64,000 bases of DNA, from the NCBI GenBank assembly GCA_028817405.1, contig JAPPPS010000090.1, positions 22,570 through 86,569 on the forward strand, given 5' to 3'. Below the pieces are notes generated by a model. That model saw only the letters and a list, made by a program, of their open reading frames with translations. It was not told the DNA's origin and made no database searches. Position 1 is the first letter of the stretch; each line of letters opens with the position of its first letter. The DNA comes from Gammaproteobacteria bacterium (GTDB taxonomy: Bacteria > Pseudomonadota > Gammaproteobacteria > Arenicellales > Poriferihabitantaceae). Shown here piece by piece: positions 29,503 through 38,890 of this stretch. The translations under genes were made by a program, and so were the position numbers.

Positions 29503-30000
29503 TCAGTCGAGTTTCTCGTAGTCGGCGTCGATGACGCGGCCCGGTTTGCGGCCGGGGTCACGGTCGCGGTTGCCGGTGCCGCCGAGGTCGCCATAATCAC
29601 CGTGGTCACCGTAACCCACGCCGGGCCCGCCGCCAAAACCCACGCCGAATACGCGGCCGCCGCCCAACACCCGCCCGATGAGTCCCCGACGCAACGGCGG
29701 CAGTAGCAGCGCGAAGCCCACCGCGTCGGTGAAAAACCCCGGGGTCAGCAGCAGCGCGCCGGCCGCGAACAGCAGCAGGCCCTCCAGCATTTCCAGCGCC
29801 GGCGGCTGGCCGCGCGCCAGTTGCGCGCGCGCCCGCGCCAGCGTGGCGAAGCCCTGCGCGCGCACCAGCGCCGCCCCGGCCAGCGCCGTGAACACCACCA
29901 AGGCGATGGTCCAGCCCGCGCCGATGGCCCCGCCGACCGAAATCAGGAGATAAATCTCGGCCAGCGGCACCAGCAAAAACGCCAGAAAGAAAATTCGCAT
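29503..30000 (-). CDS. fxsA: FxsA-family inner-membrane protein
   Basis: [47 protein letters not shown]... is the canonical FxsA N-terminus. It has a Gly/Asp-rich C-terminal tail. ATG at 30000. Confidence 0.8.
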   Translation of the reverse strand: MRIFFLAFLLVPLAEIYLLISVGGAIGAGWTIALVVFTALAGAALVRAQGFATLARARAQLARGQPPALEMLEGLLLFAAGALLLTPGFFTDAVGFALLLPPLRRGLIGRVLGGGRVFGVGFGGGPGVGYGDHGDYGDLGGTGNRDRDPGRKPGRVIDADYEKLD

Positions 30001-30050
30001 TGCGCGTGTCCGCATGCCGCGGCGCAGTGGCATTCCGCCGCCGGCGCGGC

Positions 30051-30848
30051 TCAGCCGGCCTGGCGCTGCGCCGCTTCGAAGGCCGCAAACTGGCGGTCGA
30101 CTTCCGCGGCGAACAGCGGCAACTGCGCGCTCAAGGTGTGGTCGCCGCCGGCCACGGTGTGCAATTTGATGTCGGAATTCGGCGAGGCCGCGAGGAATTG
30201 CTCGCACACGCCAATCGGCACGATTTCGTCCTGGTCGCCGTGGAACATGCGAATCGGGAACGGATAGGCGGCCGGGCGCTCCAGCACGCTGTGCCGGCGC
30301 GCGTCCTCCAGCGCCTCGAACTCCATCTCGTACGCGCGGTTGTTGTCGTACGGGTCGGTGAATTGGCGCGCCCCGGCGCGCTTCCACTCGCGCAATGCGT
30401 CGGCCGGCGGGCCGCGCAGCATGTTCTGGAAATACTGCGGCAAGAAGTCAAACGCCGGCGCCACCAACACCGCGGCCGCGATGCTGGACTTGGCGGCCTG
30501 GCGCTGCGCCGCCAACATCGACAGCCACGCGCCCATGCTGGAGCCGACCAACAGCAACTTGGCGCCGCGGAAGCGGTGCATCACATCCAGCAGCGCCTCC
30601 AGCGCGGTGGAGATGCGAAACGCGCGGAATCGCCCCTCGCTGCGGCCGTGGCACGGCAGGTCGAAGTGGCTCCAACTATAGCCGCGCCGCACCGCGTGGT
30701 TGAGGAAAAACCGCGCTTTGGCGTGGTCCACCGAGGAGCGGAAGCCGTGCACATACACGCCGACCAGCCGGGTGTCGCCGGGAAAAAACGCGCCGCGGCA
30801 GCGCGTGCCGTCGGACAGATAGACGCTGAAACTTCGATGCGATGTCAA
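30051..30848 (-). CDS. Alpha/beta-fold hydrolase
   Basis: VYVHGFRSS...LLLVGSSMGAWLS carries the GxSxG nucleophile elbow. The start is uncertain: a TTG at 30848 is suggested, and the ORF-track start at 30992 runs into a REP element. Confidence 0.65.
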   Translation of the reverse strand: MTSHRSFSVYLSDGTRCRGAFFPGDTRLVGVYVHGFRSSVDHAKARFFLNHAVRRGYSWSHFDLPCHGRSEGRFRAFRISTALEALLDVMHRFRGAKLLLVGSSMGAWLSMLAAQRQAAKSSIAAAVLVAPAFDFLPQYFQNMLRGPPADALREWKRAGARQFTDPYDNNRAYEMEFEALEDARRHSVLERPAAYPFPIRMFHGDQDEIVPIGVCEQFLAASPNSDIKLHTVAGGDHTLSAQLPLFAAEVDRQFAAFEAAQRQAG

Positions 30849-31039
30849 TGTGGACGCGCGCAAACCGCGCAAAAATGGGCGTTTGCAACAGATGGGGGCG
30901 GCGCACGGAAATTCCAGATGCGCGGGGAATTTTCGTCCCCGCCACGCGCCGTTCCCGCCACAACCCCCGCGCCCACATTGCCACTCCGGCAACAGCCGGA
31001 GTCCAGAGTCTTTAACTACCGGCGCACAGCACCGGCGAG

Positions 31040-31134
31040 GGCCGGAAAATGCCCGGGGCCGTCATTCCGTGCGGTAGAGGAATAAGGAAGCGTAGCGACT
31101 ATATTCCTCACCGATACGGAATCCAGAGTCTTTA
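31040..31134. repeat. 95-bp repeat, copy A (contains structured hairpin 31065-31121)
   Basis: It matches 31641-31735 at 94 of 95 positions (C/T at GCC[C/T]GGGG). Confidence 0.9.
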
Positions 31135-31640
31135 TATTGGGCCGGTCCAGTCGCCACGGATGGCAAACGGACAAGGCGGCGGGGATTTCATAAACCGCGG
31201 AGACGCTCAATCGCCACTCCGGGCTACGACCCGGAGTCCAGAGTCTTTATCTTTTGTCACTTCCTCGCGACTCAATTAAAGACTCTGGACGCCCGCTTAA
31301 CGGACTGCGGGCGTGACGGCGGGGGAGACCGTGAGCATGATGACGCTTTGCGTCGGCAGTTAAAGACTCTGGACTCCGGCTGTTGCCGGAGTGGCGGTTG
31401 GGGCGCCGGTGATTTCGCCCGCAGCCCCCTCCACCGCCACGCCGCAGTCCCCTCACCCGCCACGCCCGCAGTCTGTTAAGCGGGCGCGGTTGGCGATTTA
31501 AATGCGGCATTGTCGAGTCGGTGAATTTGCCATCCGTGGCATCTGGATTCCCGCGTCCAGCGGGAATGACGGCCCCCGGCATTTTCGCCGCCCCGACCGT
31601 CACTGCCGCACTTAATTCCGCGGCGCGAGGGGCCGGCGAT

Positions 31641-31735
31641 GGCCGGAAAATGCCTGGGGCCGTCATTCCGTGCGGTAGAGGAATAAGGAAGCGTAGCGAC
31701 TATATTCCTCACCGATACGGAATCCAGAGTCTTTA
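31641..31735. repeat. 95-bp repeat, copy B (contains structured hairpin 31666-31722)
   Basis: A direct repeat of 31040-31134, 601 bp downstream. Confidence 0.9.
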
Positions 31736-31993
31736 ATTGACCTCGCGCGGAATCGAACAAAAGACTCTGGATTCCCGCTTAAAAGCCTGCGGGAATGACG
31801 GCGCTACGCGCCGCAACGCCCGGTCCCACCAACCGCCACGCCCGGCCCCACCCCCGCCACGCCCGGCCCTCCCCCCGCCACGTCCGCAGGTTGTTAAGCG
31901 GGCGCAGAAACTTTTTTCCGTCGCCCCCTTGACTCCCCTCGATTTGTGGTATATTCCGCGCATCATCTGGAACTCGCAATCGGAGGTTATCCC

Positions 31994-34825
31994 ATGAAAT
32001 CCCTGAAAACCCGCGGCCGCATCGTCGCAAAACCCCACGCCCACGCCATGAAAACCCGCACCCGCACCCATATCGCCCCCCCCCCCCCCGCAATTCCGGG
32101 GCTTCGGGGATTAGTTAGCGTCCTCGCCCTCGCCGCGATTTTTCTGATTGCGGCGCCGCCGGCTGAGGCGCAAACCGCCGGCACCATCACCTTCTCCGCC
32201 ACCGGCTCCGGCGGCGACCGCGACCCCGCCACCGCCGGCCTGCAAGTGGACGAAGGCGACACCCTCACCGTCACCGTCACCGCCAACGGCCTCACCGCCG
32301 GCACCATCATCGGGGCATTCGGCAGTGCGCAAACCGGCGCAACGGCCGTCTATCACCAGGCCAGCCAAGGTGGAGATTTTTTCGCCAGCGGGGACTATCA
32401 ACCGTCTATCTTCAACGGGAGAGATGTTGGCATCCGCATAACGGCGCCGACCACAACCGATGTGGAAACTTTCACCATCATTGATGACGACGACCGCGAG
32501 GACGCCGAAACCATCATCTTCTCATTCGGCGCCGGCCCCAACGCTGTCAGCACCACCCCCGCGACCTTCACCTACGGCCCCGACCTCACCGTCACCATCC
32601 GCGCCAGCGACCCGTTCGTGCGCACGCTGACCGTCACCGGCCCGGCCACCGTCGCCGAAGGCGCGGCCGCCACCTACACCGTCAACCTGACCGGCACCGC
32701 CTTCACCTCGCCCACCGCCGTCACCTGGACGGTGACCCACGGCGACACCGCCGCCGCCGACTTCGCCGCCGTGACCGGGCGCATCATGTTTCCCACGGCG
32801 ACCACCTTCACCGTGACGCCGACCGACGACGACTTGGACGAAGACGCCGAGGCGTTTACCGTGCAAATCTCGGTCGCCGACCCCACCGCCGACAGCGGCA
32901 CCGGATTTGGGAATGCGGCGAGCGGGAGTATTACCGACAATGATGAGGCGGGGTTGGTGATTGCGCCTTCGCCGCCGGCTGTCTTGTCGGTGCCGGAGAA
33001 GGGGATGGCGGATTACACGGTGCGGTTGGCGACGCAGCCGGTGGATGACACGGCGACCGTCACTGTTACTGTTACAGTGAGTGGCGGTAGCACGACGGTA
33101 ACTTTGGCGCCGGCGACTCTGACTTTCCGTGCCGCTACTTGGAACACGCCGCAAACAGTTACGGTAACCGCCGCCGAAGATGCAATGGTCGGTGACGATG
33201 ATGTCACTTTGACGCATGCGGTGGCCGTGAATCCAAACAGCGGCGAATACATGGGTTTGACGGATGTGCCGTTGACGGTGAATATCGTTGCGCGACCGAC
33301 TACACAAGCAACGCATGATTTATTGTTGCCGGAAGTTACGCGCGCGGTGGTCGGTCAGCAGATGCAGGCGATTGCGGGGCGGGTTGGAACAATCAATGGT
33401 GGCGGCGTTGGCGACTCGGCGAGTTTCAGAGAACGCGGTTTTCCGGGCTTCGCCGGCGCCGCCGCCGCTCATTTGCAATCGCTTGCCGGCGACGGTGATG
33501 CCGGCGGCGCCGGTGATTTGGACGCGAAAGAATTATTGCGCGGTTTGGAATTTGTGTTGCCGTTATCGGCCGGCGCATCGCATGGCGACGCCGGCGTTGG
33601 CGACATCGCGTTCTGGGGCGGCAGTGACTACCGTGACTTCAGTGGCGAAGATGGCGATGACGATTGGGATGGTTCGGTGTTGGGTTTGCACTTCGGCGTT
33701 GATGGTCGAGTGCGCGCTCACCTGCACGCCGGACTGATGGTCTCATACAACGATGCGGAAAGCGACTACACGCGCATCAGCGACGGCACGACTGACAAAG
33801 GTGACTACGAACTCGACATGACTTCGGTGAGTCCGTTTTTGAATTGGAAGTTGGCAAACGGCGGCAGCGCATGGGCGAGTTTGACTTACGGCAGCGGCGA
33901 AGTGGAAGTGAAACCGGACGGTGATGAAGCGTCGCGCAACGATGTCAGCATGACCGGCGTAGCGGCCGGCGGTTCTCGACGGTTGTTGCAACAAAACGGC
34001 CGGGAGTTAAGTTTGCGCGCCGATGCTTTCATCGCCGAGTCGGAAGTCGAAGGCGACGGCGACAACGCAACCGCCGGCATCGATGACGACTTGGATGTCG
34101 ACGCCAATCGTTTGCGCGTCGCCTTGGCATGGAACTATCCGCAACGATTCTCCGATGGTCGACTCACGCCGGCGTTTGATTTTGGCTTGCGCCACGACGG
34201 CGGCGACGGCCGCACCGGCGCCGGTTTGGAGTTGGGCGGCGCACTGAAGTTTTATGCGCCGGCGGTCGGCTTAACTTTGGAAGGCAACGCCCGCGCGTTG
34301 CTCGGCCACACCGGCGACCACCGGGCATGGGGAATCGGCGGCTTGATGCGCGTTGTGTCGGGTGCCGATGGCCAGGGCCTGGCGGTCACCGTCGCGCCGA
34401 GTTATGGCGGGGATTTTGGCGGTGGTTCTGCCGGCGGGAATTCGCTCGCGGCCGGCGGTTATGGCGGCGACGGTTATGGTGGCGACGGTTCGGTTGTCGG
34501 CGACGGTTCGCGCGGATTATGGAACCGCAACTCGGCGACCGCGGCTGACTCCGCTGAACCAATCGCGCGCTTGAACGCCGAAGTCGGTTATGGCCTGCCG
34601 GCGGCCGGATTCATCCGCGCCTTCGGATTCGCCGACTCCGCCGGCGCATTCGGCGACGGCATGCTGACGCCGTATAGCGCATTGCGCGTAGGCGATGCGA
34701 GCCGCGACTACCGCCTCGGCGTACGCTGGTCCACCGGCCCGCGCATCGACCTCGATTTATCCGCCCGCCACACCGCCGCCACCACCGACAACGCTCTCAC
34801 TCTCGAAGGCCGCTTGCGGTTCTAA
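31994..34825 (+). CDS. Autotransporter-type outer-membrane protein with a Calx-beta-like repeat passenger domain
   Basis: GGAGG ribosome-binding site and ATG at 31994, then signal peptide ...VLALAAIFLIAAPPAEAQ. Passenger modules end in acidic motifs (FTIIDDDDREDAETIIF, VTPTDDDLDEDAEAFTV, GSITDNDEAG). The C-terminal ~300 aa are beta-barrel-like and end ...LTLEGRLRF. Confidence 0.7.
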   Translation: MKSLKTRGRIVAKPHAHAMKTRTRTHIAPPPPAIPGLRGLVSVLALAAIFLIAAPPAEAQTAGTITFSATGSGGDRDPATAGLQVDEGDTLTVTVTANGLTAGTIIGAFGSAQTGATAVYHQASQGGDFFASGDYQPSIFNGRDVGIRITAPTTTDVETFTIIDDDDREDAETIIFSFGAGPNAVSTTPATFTYGPDLTVTIRASDPFVRTLTVTGPATVAEGAAATYTVNLTGTAFTSPTAVTWTVTHGDTAAADFAAVTGRIMFPTATTFTVTPTDDDLDEDAEAFTVQISVADPTADSGTGFGNAASGSITDNDEAGLVIAPSPPAVLSVPEKGMADYTVRLATQPVDDTATVTVTVTVSGGSTTVTLAPATLTFRAATWNTPQTVTVTAAEDAMVGDDDVTLTHAVAVNPNSGEYMGLTDVPLTVNIVARPTTQATHDLLLPEVTRAVVGQQMQAIAGRVGTINGGGVGDSASFRERGFPGFAGAAAAHLQSLAGDGDAGGAGDLDAKELLRGLEFVLPLSAGASHGDAGVGDIAFWGGSDYRDFSGEDGDDDWDGSVLGLHFGVDGRVRAHLHAGLMVSYNDAESDYTRISDGTTDKGDYELDMTSVSPFLNWKLANGGSAWASLTYGSGEVEVKPDGDEASRNDVSMTGVAAGGSRRLLQQNGRELSLRADAFIAESEVEGDGDNATAGIDDDLDVDANRLRVALAWNYPQRFSDGRLTPAFDFGLRHDGGDGRTGAGLELGGALKFYAPAVGLTLEGNARALLGHTGDHRAWGIGGLMRVVSGADGQGLAVTVAPSYGGDFGGGSAGGNSLAAGGYGGDGYGGDGSVVGDGSRGLWNRNSATAADSAEPIARLNAEVGYGLPAAGFIRAFGFADSAGAFGDGMLTPYSALRVGDASRDYRLGVRWSTGPRIDLDLSARHTAATTDNALTLEGRLRF
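32076..32089 (+). repeat. Homopolymeric C14 tract inside the autotransporter 5' coding region
   Basis: GCCCCCCCCCCCCCCG encodes APPPP and lies upstream of the hydrophobic core of the signal peptide. Confidence 0.95.
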
Positions 34826-34841
34826 TTCCGCCGGGAATACG

Positions 34842-34870
34842 CTGGACTCCGGCTGTCGCCGGAGTGGCAG
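34842..34870. repeat. REP palindrome directly downstream of the autotransporter stop (possible terminator role)
   Basis: CTGGACTCCGGCTGTCGCCGGAGTGGCAG. Confidence 0.8.
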
Positions 34871-34969
34871 TGGGCGGTTGCGCGGTGACCGCAACCTTTG
34901 ACATGTATCCCGGCTTTCGGTGGCGGGGATTTGTGTTACATTTCCGCCGTCATTCAAGCGCGGAATTTT

Positions 34970-35839
34970 ATGCCTACCGACAAACAGTGTGCGGCGGTTC
35001 ACGGTCATCGCGGGGCGCGCGGGCGGCGGCCGGAGAATACTTTGGCGGCGGTGGAATTCGCGCTGGACTGCGGCGCCGACGGCGTTGAGGTGGATTTGTG
35101 CATCACCGCCGATGACGCCGTGGTCGTCCACCACGACCTGCGCTTGAACCCCGACACCACGCGCGATGCGCGCGGGCGGCGGCCGGCCGAGCGCATTCCC
35201 ATCCGCGCCTTGCAGTTGGCGCAGTTGCGCGAATACGATGTCGGGCGCGCGCGGCCCGGCGGCGCCACCGCCCTGCGTTTCGCCAAGCAAACCGCGGTCG
35301 ACGGCGCGCGCATTCCGCTGCTGGAAGAGTTGGTCGATTTAATGGCGCAGCGCGGCCGCGATGTCACGCTCAACTTGGAACTGAAAAGCGACCCGCGCGA
35401 ACCGGAATTGACTCCGCCGGCCGAGCATTACGCGACGCGCGTGGCTGATGAACTGGCGCGCTTGCGGCCGTCGGGGCCGCTGTTTCTGCAGAGTTTCGAC
35501 TGGGCGTTGATGGCGCATGTGAGGCCGGCGACGCGGGCGCGCGATGTGGCGTGCAAAATCGGCCTCACCTGCCCGCGACCGTTCGGCGCGGCCGAGTTGG
35601 ACGCGGCGCGCGCGCATGCCGGCGCCGCCGAAGTGTTCTCGTGCGACCACCGCGGCTTGACCGAAGCGCTGCTGCAACGCGCGCGCGGCATGGACTTGGA
35701 GGTGTGCGCGTGGACCGCAAACGCCGCCGCCGACATCGCCCGCCTCGCCGCATGGGGCGTGGACGCCATCACCACCGACTACCCCGACCGCGCCCGAAAA
35801 ATCCTGCGCGGGGAAAACGCCGGGGACTCATCCGACTAA
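34970..35839 (+). CDS. Glycerophosphodiester phosphodiesterase (GDPD family)
   Basis: HGHRGARGRRPENTLAAVEFALDCGADGVEVDLCITADDAVVVHHD is the canonical GDPD N-terminal motif. Confidence 0.85.
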   Translation: MPTDKQCAAVHGHRGARGRRPENTLAAVEFALDCGADGVEVDLCITADDAVVVHHDLRLNPDTTRDARGRRPAERIPIRALQLAQLREYDVGRARPGGATALRFAKQTAVDGARIPLLEELVDLMAQRGRDVTLNLELKSDPREPELTPPAEHYATRVADELARLRPSGPLFLQSFDWALMAHVRPATRARDVACKIGLTCPRPFGAAELDAARAHAGAAEVFSCDHRGLTEALLQRARGMDLEVCAWTANAAADIARLAAWGVDAITTDYPDRARKILRGENAGDSSD

Positions 35840-35898
35840 GCCGGCGACTGACCGCGGCCGGCGCGGGCGCGCAACGCAAACACCGGGGCCGCGCGTGA

Positions 35899-36888
35899 TT
35901 ATTCCTCTTCCGCGTCCGCATCGGTTGGCAACGCGATGCGGGTGGCGGGGTGGCCGGGCGGGGGGCCGATACGGAGGGGTTGGTCGCCGAGGGGCGACGG
36001 CGCGGTGGCGCTGAAAAGGTATTCGCCGCCGCGGCCGCGGCCGCCGGCATCGCCGATGCGGAGCGCGTCGACGACGGTGCCGATTTTGTTGTCCGAGTCG
36101 CCGGCGTATAGCGGGTCGCCGGGCGCGAGGGCATCGATGCCGCGGGCGCGCGCCGCCACCATGCGCTGTTTGACCCGCCCGCGGTAGCGCAACCGGGCGA
36201 CGATTTCCTGGCCCGGATAGCAGCCCTTGCTGAAACTCAAACCGCCGGCGCGGTCGAGGTTGAGGAATTGCGGGATGAATTGTTCGGCGGTTTGCGGGTA
36301 GATTTGCGCGACCCCGGACAGGATGTCGGCCAGTCGCCACGGGGCGTCGGTTAACTGCAAGGGCAAGGCGTCGATGCGCGCGAACGCGCCCATGGGCGGA
36401 AACTCGCCGAAGATGAGTCGGCGGGGAACGACACCGTCGACGGCCACGCAGGCGACGCTTTCGTTATCTTCGGCGACGCGCGTTAACACCGGCGCGTCGA
36501 TGAAACTCCACAACACCCACGGCCGCTGCTCGATGCTGACCTTGGCGCGCAGCACGAACATGCGCAAGCGTTTAATGAGAGACTCGGCAAGCGCCGCGGG
36601 CGCCAACAACAACCAACCGTTCCAGTACCGCATCACGCGAATCACCGCCAGCGCCCGGCCTTTCGGGTTGCAGTAAGCGTTGAGTTGGCAGCCGGCGGCC
36701 GGCGCGTTGCCCGCATCATCGATGGCGGCGACCGCATCGATGTCGTTGCTGAATTGCCCTTGCAGAAATTCTTGCGCATCCTCGCCGGACACTTCGATGA
36801 GCGCGAGCGAATCCAGCGCGACCACGATGCCGTCGTCGCCGCGCCAGTGCGATAACATGTTCTTTGCCAGTTTGGTTGCGTCGTTCAT
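35899..36888 (-). CDS. ygfZ: YgfZ-type folate-binding protein (Fe-S cluster repair / tRNA modification)
   Basis: The signature KGCYPGQEIVARLRYRGRVKQRM and an aminomethyltransferase-like fold size (329 aa). Confidence 0.8.
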   Translation of the reverse strand: MNDATKLAKNMLSHWRGDDGIVVALDSLALIEVSGEDAQEFLQGQFSNDIDAVAAIDDAGNAPAAGCQLNAYCNPKGRALAVIRVMRYWNGWLLLAPAALAESLIKRLRMFVLRAKVSIEQRPWVLWSFIDAPVLTRVAEDNESVACVAVDGVVPRRLIFGEFPPMGAFARIDALPLQLTDAPWRLADILSGVAQIYPQTAEQFIPQFLNLDRAGGLSFSKGCYPGQEIVARLRYRGRVKQRMVAARARGIDALAPGDPLYAGDSDNKIGTVVDALRIGDAGGRGRGGEYLFSATAPSPLGDQPLRIGPPPGHPATRIALPTDADAEEE

Positions 36889-37048
36889 TGGAATTGAACC
36901 TCGGTTAGAAATCGTTCATCGCATGCGCGCCGGCAACATCGGCGCGCTCACTGTCGCATGTGCCGCGGTCGCACACCGTCGCGCGCTTCGCATAAACCGT
37001 CGCCGCGGCCGCGCATCGGGGAAACTATAAAAAAACAAAAAACGCGCA

Positions 37049-37585
37049 TCACCGTCGCAACTTAAACAACCGTTCACGGTCGCGCTGCCATTCGCGCTGC
37101 TTAATCGCGTGGCGTTTGTCGTATTGTTTTTTGCCGCGCGCCAGCGCGATTTTGGCTTTGACCCGGCCGCGCTTCCAATACAAACTCAGCGGCACGATGG
37201 TATAACCGGCTTGCTCGCGCGCGCCGATGAGTTTGCCGATTTCCTTCTTATGCAGCAACAACTTGCGCCGCCGGGTGGGGTCGGCGTCGATGTGGCTGGA
37301 GGCCGAGCGCAGCGGCGAAAAGTGCGCGCCGATGAGAAACAACTCGCCGCGCATGATGATGACATAACTCTCTTTCAGTTGCGCGCGGCCGTCGCGCAAA
37401 CTCTTCACCTCCCAGCCCTGCAGCGCCACGCCGGCCTCGAATTCCTGCTCGATGACATAATCAAACCGCGCCTTGCGGTTGAGCGCGATGGTCGCCGGTT
37501 TGGCCGGCTTCGCGGGCTTGGCGGCGCCGGATTTTGCGGTGTTGCCGGGTTTTGCGGTGTCGCCGGTTTTGCTGTTGGTCGCCAT
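37049..37585 (-). CDS. smpB: SsrA-binding protein SmpB
   Basis: ...[40 protein letters not shown]...[29 protein letters not shown] at 37585. The N-terminus carries an AKPAKPAKP low-complexity extension. Confidence 0.92.
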   Translation of the reverse strand: MATNSKTGDTAKPGNTAKSGAAKPAKPAKPATIALNRKARFDYVIEQEFEAGVALQGWEVKSLRDGRAQLKESYVIIMRGELFLIGAHFSPLRSASSHIDADPTRRRKLLLHKKEIGKLIGAREQAGYTIVPLSLYWKRGRVKAKIALARGKKQYDKRHAIKQREWQRDRERLFKLRR

Positions 37586-37639
37586 AACGCCTGCAGTATA
37601 ATGCAACGCCAACTTGTTGTCGGTTCGCGGAGTCGTTTT

Positions 37640-38410
37640 ATGTACACCATCGCGCGCTCGGCGCTGGTCGCGCACCGCGCCGAGGACATGTATTCGCTGG
37701 TCAACGACATCGAGTCGTACTCGAAGTTTCTGCCGTGGTGCGATGCATCCACGGTGCTGTCGCGCGCCGACCATGAGATGGTGGCGCGGGTGCACATCGC
37801 GTACCGCGGCGTGCGCCGGTCGTTCACCACGCGCAACCGGTTGACGCCGTTTGAGCGCATCGACTTGGCGTTGGTCGACGGCCCGTTCAGCGCGTTGTCC
37901 GGCGCTTGGGCGTTCAAAGAATTGCGTACCGACGCCTGCCGCATCTCGCTGGACTTGAGATTTGATTTCGCGGCCGCCGCGGCCGCCCGGCTCATCGGGC
38001 CGGTGTTCAAGCGCATCGCCGACTCGTTGGTGGATTCGTTCGTGGCGCGCGCGGCGGAAGTGTACGGTGGCGGCGCGGGCGATGGCGACAACAAAATTCG
38101 CGCCGAGGTGGTGTACGCGTTGCCTGAGCGGCAGGTGGTCGAGTGTTTGGAATTCGATGCGCCGGTTACCATCGAGATGGCGATTCGCGCATCGAACATG
38201 CTGCAACAGTTTCCGCATATCGACTTGGCCGCCGCGGCGGTCGGCGTGTTCGGCGTCGCGCGGCCGCTGGACTGGATTCTCGAAGACCGCGACCGAGTGG
38301 AGATTTACCGCCCGCTGCTGATGAGCCCGACGGAAGCGCGGCGCGAGCGCGCAAACCAATCGCGCGGCGGCAAGCGCGGCTGCGGTGGCCGTGGCGACCG
38401 TGGCGATTAG
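37640..38410 (+). CDS. ratA: RatA (SRPBCC/CoQ-binding, YfjG-like) fused in frame to RnfH (UPF0125/YfjF-like)
   Basis: The N-terminal half ([34 protein letters not shown]...) is RatA. After a GGAGDGD linker comes [13 protein letters not shown]...[38 protein letters not shown], which is RnfH. No stop codon lies between them. Confidence 0.8.
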   Translation: MYTIARSALVAHRAEDMYSLVNDIESYSKFLPWCDASTVLSRADHEMVARVHIAYRGVRRSFTTRNRLTPFERIDLALVDGPFSALSGAWAFKELRTDACRISLDLRFDFAAAAAARLIGPVFKRIADSLVDSFVARAAEVYGGGAGDGDNKIRAEVVYALPERQVVECLEFDAPVTIEMAIRASNMLQQFPHIDLAAAAVGVFGVARPLDWILEDRDRVEIYRPLLMSPTEARRERANQSRGGKRGCGGRGDRGD

Positions 38411-38451
38411 CGCGGTCGCGGTGGCCGTGGCGACTATGGCGATTAGCGCGG
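38384..38451. repeat. Tandem 32-nt direct repeat (period 36) spanning the ratA-rnfH stop codon
   Basis: GGTGGCCGTGGCGACCGTGGCGATTAGCGCGG (38384-38415) and GGTGGCCGTGGCGACTATGGCGATTAGCGCGG (38420-38451). Confidence 0.85.
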
Positions 38452-38521
38452 CCGGCCGGTTGCCAACCCCCCGGCCGCGGCTATAATCGCGGCCGATATC
38501 TCGCGCCGCCGAAGCCAACCG

Positions 38522-38878
38522 ATGACCGTCATCTACCACAATCCCCGCTGCTCGAAATCCCGCGCCACGCTGGCGCTGCTGCGGGAACGCGGCGTCGAAC
38601 CGCAAGTCGTGCGCTACTTGGATACGCCGCCGGACGCGGCCGCGCTGCGCGCCATCACCGTGAAACTCAACTGCTCGATTCGCGACCTGATACGCAGCGG
38701 CGAAGATGTTTACCGCGCGCTCGGCCTCGGCGGCAAAATCAAAACCTTGTCGGAATCCGCGCTCATCGACATCGTGGCAGCCCACCCGAAACTGCTGCAA
38801 CGCCCCATCGTCATCCACGGCAAACGCGCCGCGATCGGCCGGCCGCCGGAAAATGTATTGTCGATTCTGCAACCATAA
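38522..38878 (+). CDS. arsC: ArsC-family (glutaredoxin-type arsenate reductase-like) protein
   Basis: [27 protein letters not shown]...LLQRPIV, 118 aa. Confidence 0.8.
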   Translation: MTVIYHNPRCSKSRATLALLRERGVEPQVVRYLDTPPDAAALRAITVKLNCSIRDLIRSGEDVYRALGLGGKIKTLSESALIDIVAAHPKLLQRPIVIHGKRAAIGRPPENVLSILQP

Positions 38879-38890
38879 AACCGTGACACC

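Larger units (their letters stand above)
30950..31960. repeat. About 1 kb of non-coding sequence forming a cluster of at least 10 REP/MITE-like palindromic units
   Basis: The core TCCAGAGTCTTTA (or its complement) occurs 7 times (31003, 31122, 31238, 31275, 31360, 31723, 31759), each next to a hairpin. There are also two short arrays of roughly 21-25-bp C-rich units containing CCGCCACG (31425-31465 and 31833-31880). Confidence 0.85.

Noticed and set aside
31425-31904. A possible CRISPR or other spacer-acquiring array in the REP nest.
   Set aside because: The units are heterogeneous palindromes in both orientations with irregular spacing. They fit REP/BIME-like elements, not a CRISPR array.
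37640-38080. RatA as the toxin of a toxin-antitoxin or defence module.
   Set aside because: It sits in the standard conserved smpB/ratA/rnfH housekeeping arrangement, with native G+C and no antitoxin-like partner.
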